From the NCBI GenBank assembly GCA_017559825.1, contig JAFYQR010000093.1:1099-65098 (forward strand): a stretch of 64,000 nt of DNA, read 5' to 3'. Of this stretch, positions 36,133 to 42,108 are shown piece after piece. The notes beneath the pieces were generated by a model. The model did not search any database and had not been told where the DNA came from. It saw only the letters and a list, made by a program, of their open reading frames with translations. Position 1 is the first letter of the stretch, and every line of letters starts with the position of its first letter. Source of the DNA: Thermoguttaceae bacterium. Lineage in GTDB: Bacteria > Planctomycetota > Planctomycetia > Pirellulales > Thermoguttaceae. The translations under genes and the position numbers were made by a program.

Positions 36133-39100
36133 ATGAAAAAGAGCCTATTCAGAATATTGCCCGCCGCGGCGATCGCGCTGACGTTTGTCGGCGGCGCGGC
36201 GCAAGGGGCGGAATCTGAAGTTTCCATGGAGACCTATCGGTTAAGCGACGGCGCGAATTGCTTTTTGGTTCCGCTTCGAGCGGACGCCGTCGAATCGACG
36301 TCGGAATTCGTCGACGTCGCGGCCTTGGTCGACTTCTCCGCGTCTCAATTGGATTCCGACGTCCGCGCGAAAGCGCAAGCCGCGGTCGAATCGCTCGTCG
36401 CGAATCTTCCGTCGAACGCTCGCGTTCAACTTTTCGTCGTTTCGAACGAAGTTGAAGCGTTGACCGACGGGTACGTCGCGGTCGATTCGAAAGAACTCGG
36501 CGCCGCGGTCGCTTCGTTGAAGACTCGCGCTCCGCTCGGCGCCACCGACCTTGAAAAAGCGTTTACGGTCGCCGCCGATTCGTTCGATTTCAACGAAAAC
36601 GCCGACCGTTCGATCGTGTTCGTCGGGCGCGGCGTCAGCGCCGGCGCGGCGTTCAACGAAGAAGTCTTCGGCGCCACGGTTGAAAAACTCGTCGACGCTC
36701 GCGTTCCGGTCAACGCTTTCGGCGTCGGGACGACGGTCAACGAAGACGTTCTCGGCGCGCTCGCCAACCGCACCGGCGGTTACGTCGTCGAGAAGGAAGC
36801 CGCCGCGGACGAAGCGGGCGAGCGCCTCGCCGGCGCCGCGACCGCGACCGTTTACTGGCCGGAAGAAAACGCGCTGACGATCGCCGGCGCCGAAGTCTAT
36901 CCGAGCCCGCTTCCGCCGATCCGCAGCGACCGTGAAACTTACGTCGTCGGCAAGACGACCGAAGCGCTCGACGAAAACGTCGAAATTTCGATTCCCGCGA
37001 CGGTCGCCGACGGTCGCGAAGCCGAAATCGCGTGGAGCGTTGCTCCGAGCGCCTCGAACGCTGGCAACCAATATCTTTATCGTCTCGTCGAAGACGCCGC
37101 CGCCGACTCCGGCGCGACGCTTTCGATCGCGGGTCGCGAATTCTTGACCGCTCGTCAAGTCGCCTTGAACGCCGCGACCGACGAAACGATCGAACTCGTC
37201 GAACAAGCCGTCGCCGACGGAAACGCCGAAGACGCGCAACGTTTGGCCAAGCTCGTCGAAGTCAGCCTTTCGACCGAAGACGCCGAAGCGACGAAAGCCG
37301 ACGTCGACGAACTCTTCGCTCGCGCCGAACAAGTCGTTAAGAACGAAAATCAAGCGAACCTCTTGGAAGCGTCCGAGGCGAACGTTCGCGTTCAAACGCA
37401 ACAAATGAAGACGCACGTCCAAGCGGTTATGTCGAACGCTCGCAAAGATTCGCGTCAAGACCCGGACGGCGCGCTCCAAGACGTTAAATTGACGATCAAC
37501 GCCGTTAAGCAATTCGCCGGGATTTCCGACGCCGACCGCGCGCTTCTCTTGCACGATTTGGGCGCTTGCGCCGAACAAATCGCGTTCGAGAAAGAACAAA
37601 AAGCGGTTCGCGATCAAGCCGCGATGCAAAATCAAGCGATCGTCGACGCCGCGATTAAAGCGCAAAAAGCGTATCAAAAGAATCAGCTCAAAGTCGAAGA
37701 AATCATGAAGCGTTTCGACTCGCTGGTTAAAGAGAGCAAGTTCGTCCTCGCGGCGCAAGCGGCCGAAGAAGCCGCCGAAATCGCCGGGAAGAACAACGCG
37801 CTCCCGACGCAAGCCGCGAACGTCGCGCTCTTGACCGACGCGTGGGAACAAAACCAAGCGCTCCGCATGAAGCGTCGCACGAATCTTTTGCACGCGCTCA
37901 TGTCCGTCGAAAGAGCGCACGTCCCGGTCTCGGACGAACCGCCGATTACCTATCCGGATCCGGAAATCTGGAACAATATCACGAAGGTTCGCAAAGAGAA
38001 GTACAGCGCGACGAATCTTCAAGGTTCCGACGCGGAACAACGCATTCAACAAGCGCTTAACGTGAAAGTCGACGTCGAAGGCGGCGAAGAATCCGATCTG
38101 ACCCTTTCCGCGTGGATCGAAGACGTCAAACGTCAACTCCGCGAAGAAGGCAAGGACATCAACGTTGTGTTCGACAACCTGAACATCGAAGAATCCGACG
38201 CCGGCGGACCGCCTTCGTCGTTGATGATTCAAGAAAACCTGACCGGCGTTTCGCTCCGCAACGCGCTGAAGATCGTCCTGCGTCCGTACTCGCTCGACTT
38301 CTGCGTTGTCAACGACGCTCTGTTCATCACCACCCAAGACGAAATTAAGACTAACCCCGAAATTTCGACGAGCCTGCGACTCTACTCCGTCGCCGACCTT
38401 ATTATGCAACCGAACCAAGGCGGCGCCATGGGCGGCATGGGCATGATGGGCGGCATGGGCGGCGGCATGATGGGCGGCATGGGCGGCATGATGGGCGGCA
38501 TGGGCGGCGGCATGATGGGCGGCATGGGCGGCGGCATGATGGGCGGCATGGGCGGCATGATGGGCGGTATGATGAACGTCCCGGCTGTCGCCGCGCCGAA
38601 AGCCGACGAAGCCGATAACGCCGACGGTCCGAACGACGCGATTCTGCGCAACTTCCTCGAAGGCGCGCCGGAAGACGCGGCCGACGCCGGTCTCTTCGCC
38701 GTTCCCGCGAAAATTGCGAAGACCGCGAAAAAATCGGAAGCCCGCGGCACGCTCGCGCAAGCTCCGGTCGATCTGAACGCGAAATGGGACGCCTACTTCG
38801 CGACGAAAGCCCCGAAAGTCGGTTCCGCCGACTACGACAAGGCTCGCGAAGCGTTCGAATTCGAAACGATGGAACAAATCGTCAAATTGACGAAAACCCA
38901 ACCGGCTTCCGCCGTCGCGTTGATTAAAAGCGCGTTGCGCAACGACTTCGCTTCCCCGTGGATGTACGAAGCGCTCGCCGCCGCGCTGATTCAAGCGAAG
39001 GCTCCGCAAGCGGAAATCGAAACGGCGATCCTTTCCGTCGCCGACTTCTCGGGCGACCCCGTCGTCCTGATGGGCTTGGCGACGTACCTTGAAAAGGTCG

Positions 39101-40344
39101 GTTCGCAAGAACGCGCCCTGAAAATTTACCGCGACGTCGCTCGCGTCGCTCCGACCCGTCCGGAACCGTACGTTCGCGGGTTGGCGCTTGCGAAAGAGCT
39201 GAACGACGAAGAAGCTCTGAAATGGGTTTCGCTCGGGATCGCGTCGATCGTTTGGGACGGCAAACTCGTCGAAGGCGTCGAGCTCGCCGGTCAAGAAATC
39301 GCGCAAGACCTGATCGAAAAAATGAAGAGCGAAGGTCGCGAAGCGGAAGCGGCGGCGTTCGAAGAACAACTCGAAGCGGCGAGCCTCCGCGACGTGATCG
39401 TCGAAATCGAATGGGCCGGCGACGCCGAGCTTGACCTGGCCGTTCAGGAGCCGACCGGCGCCGTTTGCTGGTTCGCCCAAAAACGCACCGCGGCCGGCGG
39501 CGTTCTCTCCGAAATTTCGACCGACCTGTCGAAATCGTTCGAAGCGAACCGCGAAGGCCTTCGCAGCCGCGTTTACACTTGCCCGGCCGGTTTTTCGGGC
39601 GACTACAATTTCCTGGTTTCCCGCAGCTGGGGAACGGTCGCGCAAAACAAGGTTACGGTTAAGATTCGCACGAACGTCGGCACGGATAAAGAGCGCTCCG
39701 CCGTTGAAATTATCGAACTGAAAGACGACCAAGACGTCGGTTTTACCGTTCAACTCGACCAGGGGCGCCGTCAAGAAGAGGTCAAGGAAGAAATCCTGAC
39801 CGCCGCGGCCGCGCTGAATCAAATCCAAGCGCGTTCGGCGCTGGAACTTTCGCAACGCGTCGCCGCGTTCCAAGATCGTCAAGCTCGCGCCGAAGCGATC
39901 GGTTCGAACGTTGCGCAAGATCAAGCGGCTAAATATGTTAGCGGTTATAAAGCGGAAAACGCCGTCGAAAACGAAAATCTCGACGCGCCGCAAATCAGCT
40001 ACGTGACGCCGGATCCGGGGCACATGCCGATCATCAGTTATATCTCGCTCGGGGCCGGGTTCTCGACCTCGGCGGGCGTCAGCGGCGACCGTCGTTACGT
40101 TCTGGTCGCTCCGCAACCGATGTTCAGCCAACTCCTCCGTATGTTTACCTATAACTCCAGCTCCGGCAGCACCGGCAGTTCCGGCGGCGGCTACGGCGGC
40201 GGTTACGGCAACAACAACGGCGGCGGCTACGGCGGCGGTTACGGCAACAACAACGGCGGCGGTTACGGCGGCGGTTACGGCAACAACAATAATCGCGGCG
40301 GCGGTTACGGCAACAACGGCGGCGGCTACGGCGGCAACTGGTGA
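36133..40344 (+). CDS. giant secreted vWA-domain protein with Gly-Met and Gly-Tyr-Asn low-complexity arrays
   Basis: Track ORF 36019..40344. ATG 36133 (GAAGGA SD) gives the signal peptide MKKSLFRILPAAAIALTFVGGAAQGAES. vWA-like VDVAALVDFSASQ...LGATDLEKAF...SIVFVGRG. A long A/E/Q-rich helical region. Secretin-N-like NLTGVSLRNALKIVLRPYSLDFCVVNDALFITTQDE. A GM array, then a TPR-like region. DUF2135/YfaP-like VIVEIEWAGDAELDLAVQEPTGAVCWFAQKRTAAGGVL...GDYNFLVSRSWG (from memory). GYN tail. Confidence 0.85.
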   Translation: MKKSLFRILPAAAIALTFVGGAAQGAESEVSMETYRLSDGANCFLVPLRADAVESTSEFVDVAALVDFSASQLDSDVRAKAQAAVESLVANLPSNARVQLFVVSNEVEALTDGYVAVDSKELGAAVASLKTRAPLGATDLEKAFTVAADSFDFNENADRSIVFVGRGVSAGAAFNEEVFGATVEKLVDARVPVNAFGVGTTVNEDVLGALANRTGGYVVEKEAAADEAGERLAGAATATVYWPEENALTIAGAEVYPSPLPPIRSDRETYVVGKTTEALDENVEISIPATVADGREAEIAWSVAPSASNAGNQYLYRLVEDAAADSGATLSIAGREFLTARQVALNAATDETIELVEQAVADGNAEDAQRLAKLVEVSLSTEDAEATKADVDELFARAEQVVKNENQANLLEASEANVRVQTQQMKTHVQAVMSNARKDSRQDPDGALQDVKLTINAVKQFAGISDADRALLLHDLGACAEQIAFEKEQKAVRDQAAMQNQAIVDAAIKAQKAYQKNQLKVEEIMKRFDSLVKESKFVLAAQAAEEAAEIAGKNNALPTQAANVALLTDAWEQNQALRMKRRTNLLHALMSVERAHVPVSDEPPITYPDPEIWNNITKVRKEKYSATNLQGSDAEQRIQQALNVKVDVEGGEESDLTLSAWIEDVKRQLREEGKDINVVFDNLNIEESDAGGPPSSLMIQENLTGVSLRNALKIVLRPYSLDFCVVNDALFITTQDEIKTNPEISTSLRLYSVADLIMQPNQGGAMGGMGMMGGMGGGMMGGMGGMMGGMGGGMMGGMGGGMMGGMGGMMGGMMNVPAVAAPKADEADNADGPNDAILRNFLEGAPEDAADAGLFAVPAKIAKTAKKSEARGTLAQAPVDLNAKWDAYFATKAPKVGSADYDKAREAFEFETMEQIVKLTKTQPASAVALIKSALRNDFASPWMYEALAAALIQAKAPQAEIETAILSVADFSGDPVVLMGLATYLEKVGSQERALKIYRDVARVAPTRPEPYVRGLALAKELNDEEALKWVSLGIASIVWDGKLVEGVELAGQEIAQDLIEKMKSEGREAEAAAFEEQLEAASLRDVIVEIEWAGDAELDLAVQEPTGAVCWFAQKRTAAGGVLSEISTDLSKSFEANREGLRSRVYTCPAGFSGDYNFLVSRSWGTVAQNKVTVKIRTNVGTDKERSAVEIIELKDDQDVGFTVQLDQGRRQEEVKEEILTAAAALNQIQARSALELSQRVAAFQDRQARAEAIGSNVAQDQAAKYVSGYKAENAVENENLDAPQISYVTPDPGHMPIISYISLGAGFSTSAGVSGDRRYVLVAPQPMFSQLLRMFTYNSSSGSTGSSGGGYGGGYGNNNGGGYGGGYGNNNGGGYGGGYGNNNNRGGGYGNNGGGYGGNW
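38419..38574 (+). repeat. in-frame Gly/Met microsatellite-like array (52 codons, only G, M and one A)
   Basis: ggcatgggc / ggcatgatgggc units, encoding GGAMGGMGMMGGMGGGMMGGMGGMMGGMGGGMMGGMGGGMMGGMGGMMGGMM. Confidence 0.95.
40183..40341 (+). repeat. 36-nt tandem repeat encoding GGGYGGGYGNNN (2 exact copies plus degenerate copies) at the C-terminus
   Basis: ggcggcggctacggcggcggttacggcaacaacaac occurs at 40183-40218 and again at 40219-40254. Variants follow up to the stop at 40342-40344. Confidence 0.95.
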
Positions 40345-40397
40345 TATTGATTCCGACGCGTTCGCTTGAACGACGTTGGAATAGAACCCTTGAAAAG

Positions 40398-40431
40398 AAG
40401 ACGCGCGAACTTCGGTTGGCGCGTCTTTTTT
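40398..40431 (+). terminator. rho-independent terminator after giant gene
   Basis: aagacgcgc (40398-40406) pairs with gcgcgtctt (40419-40427). T-run to 40431. Confidence 0.75.
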
Positions 40432-40464
40432 ATTGCTCAAAATAGCGTTTATCGCCGCCGCCCC

Positions 40465-40492
40465 TTGACGGTTTAGCTTGCGAACGTAAAAT
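40465..40492 (+). promoter_or_regulatory. sigma-70-like promoter of galE
   Basis: TTGACG (40465-40470), 16-nt spacer, TAAAAT (40487-40492). Confidence 0.45.
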
Positions 40493-40584
40493 AGAAAAAA
40501 GCGGTTGACGAACGGCGCGCCGCTACTTGCGTTGGGACGTCGAGGCGTTTTTCGCGCGACGGCTTTTATGGAAAGGAAATTGAA

Positions 40585-41595
40585 ATGGCGACTGTTTTGC
40601 TCACGGGCGGCGCCGGTTACATTGGTTCGCACGCCGCGCTTGAATTTTTGAACGACGGTTCCGACGTCGTCGTCGCCGACAATTTTAGCAACAGCTCGCC
40701 GAAGTCGATCGAGCGGGTTGAGAAATTGACCGGCAAAAAGATCGCGCTTCGTGGAGTCGACGTTTGCGATAAAGCCGCGACGCGCAAGCTCTTTGAGGAA
40801 TTCAAGTTTGACGCGATCGTTCACTTCGCCGGTTACAAAGCGGTCGGCGAGTCGGTCGCGCAGCCGCTGAAATATTACCGCAACAACATCGACTCCGCCT
40901 TGGTTCTCTGCGAGTTGATGGAAGAGTTCGACGTTAATAAAATCGTCTTCAGCTCCTCGGCGACTGTTTATGGGACGTCGCAAAACGTTCCGTTGAAGGA
41001 AACGGAGCCGACCGGCTGCACGAACCCTTACGGTTGGACGAAGTTGATGATCGAGCAAATTTTGCGCGACTTCGCTCGTTCGAACGAAAAAGCGTCGGTT
41101 ACGCTTCTGCGCTACTTCAATCCGGTCGGCGCGCACGCGAGCGGCGAAATCGGCGAAGACCCGTTGGGGATTCCGAACAACTTGGCGCCGTTCGTTTGTC
41201 AAGTGGCGGTCGGTCGTCGCGAAAAGCTGAGCGTTTTCGGCTCGGACTATCCGACTCCGGACGGCACCGGCGTTCGCGACTACATTCACGTCGTCGACTT
41301 GGCGCTCGGACACGTCGCCGCGTATCGCAAGGCGCAACCCGGGGTTAGCGTTTACAATCTCGGCACGGGAACCGGCTACAGCGTGTTGGATTTGGTAACG
41401 ACGTTTGAAAAAGTGAACGGCGTGAAGATTCCGTACGAGTTGACCGCTCGTCGACCGGGCGACGTCGCGACCTGTTACGCCGATCCGACGCTGGCGAACG
41501 AAGCGCTCGGTTGGTCGGCGAAGCTCGGTTTGGAAGAGATGTGCCGCGACGCCTACAACTGGCAAAAGAAGTACCCGAACGGTTACCGCGACTGA
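40585..41595 (+). CDS. galE: UDP-glucose 4-epimerase
   Basis: LLTGGAGYIGSH Rossmann motif, SSSATVYG, catalytic YxxxK in PYGWTKLM, and RYFNPVGAH. Length 336 aa. Confidence 0.93.
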   Translation: MATVLLTGGAGYIGSHAALEFLNDGSDVVVADNFSNSSPKSIERVEKLTGKKIALRGVDVCDKAATRKLFEEFKFDAIVHFAGYKAVGESVAQPLKYYRNNIDSALVLCELMEEFDVNKIVFSSSATVYGTSQNVPLKETEPTGCTNPYGWTKLMIEQILRDFARSNEKASVTLLRYFNPVGAHASGEIGEDPLGIPNNLAPFVCQVAVGRREKLSVFGSDYPTPDGTGVRDYIHVVDLALGHVAAYRKAQPGVSVYNLGTGTGYSVLDLVTTFEKVNGVKIPYELTARRPGDVATCYADPTLANEALGWSAKLGLEEMCRDAYNWQKKYPNGYRD

Positions 41596-41753
41596 CGCGG
41601 ACTTACGGCGACGCGTCGGGCCCCCTTGACGCCGAGCGCCGCGAGCGTACAATGAAAGCGAGCGAAACGGCGTCGGCGAACTGCGTTCGTCGCTTTCGGC
41701 TCCTCGTTTAAGACGCGGTTTTACGACGTTTAGCGACGGCGTCCGCGTCGGCG

Positions 41754-41827
41754 TCCCCGTAGCTCAGTAGGATAGAGCGACGGTTTCCTAAACCGTAGGT
41801 CGCTGGTTCGAATCCAGTCGGGGATAT
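41754..41827 (+). tRNA. tRNA-Arg (anticodon CCT)
   Basis: Manual cloverleaf: acceptor GTCCCCG/CGGGGAT, D stem GCTC/GAGC, anticodon stem ACGGT/ACCGT with loop TTCCTAA, T stem GCTGG/CCAGT with loop TTCGAAT. No encoded CCA. Confidence 0.9.
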
Positions 41828-41966
41828 TGTTTAGCGATCGACGGCGGCTCTTGCAAGTCGTCGTTTTGCTTTTCTTGCGCTTTTCGGCTTCGCGGCGAGG
41901 CGGAACGGATTTGTCGACTTCTTTACGCGTCGAGCGGCGAAAACGCCTCTCTTCGAACGCGGCCCC

Positions 41967-41994
41967 TTCACAAAATCGCGTCGACGCGTATAAT
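41967..41994 (+). promoter_or_regulatory. sigma-70-like promoter of helicase gene
   Basis: TTCACA (41967-41972), 16-nt spacer, TATAAT (41989-41994). Confidence 0.45.
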
Positions 41995-42108
41995 TAATAC
42001 GTCGGCGTCGTCGACTTGGAATGGCGAGTCGGCTCTTTGCGCGGTTGCGTCGAGCGTCGGCGATTCGCCGTCTTACGTATTTTATCCATCTTCGCACGAA
42101 AGGCGATC

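Noticed and set aside
38382-38750. 122-aa ORF with PPIMPPMPP repeats
   Set aside because: It is simply the reverse complement of the Gly/Met array in the giant protein gene.
36241-41652. 1,803-aa minus-strand ORF, the longest in the track
   Set aside because: It is antisense and codon-aligned to two well-supported plus-strand genes (the giant vWA protein and galE). The translation is extremely Arg-rich with no recognisable motif. Its openness is explained by avoidance of the sense codons TTA/CTA/TCA.
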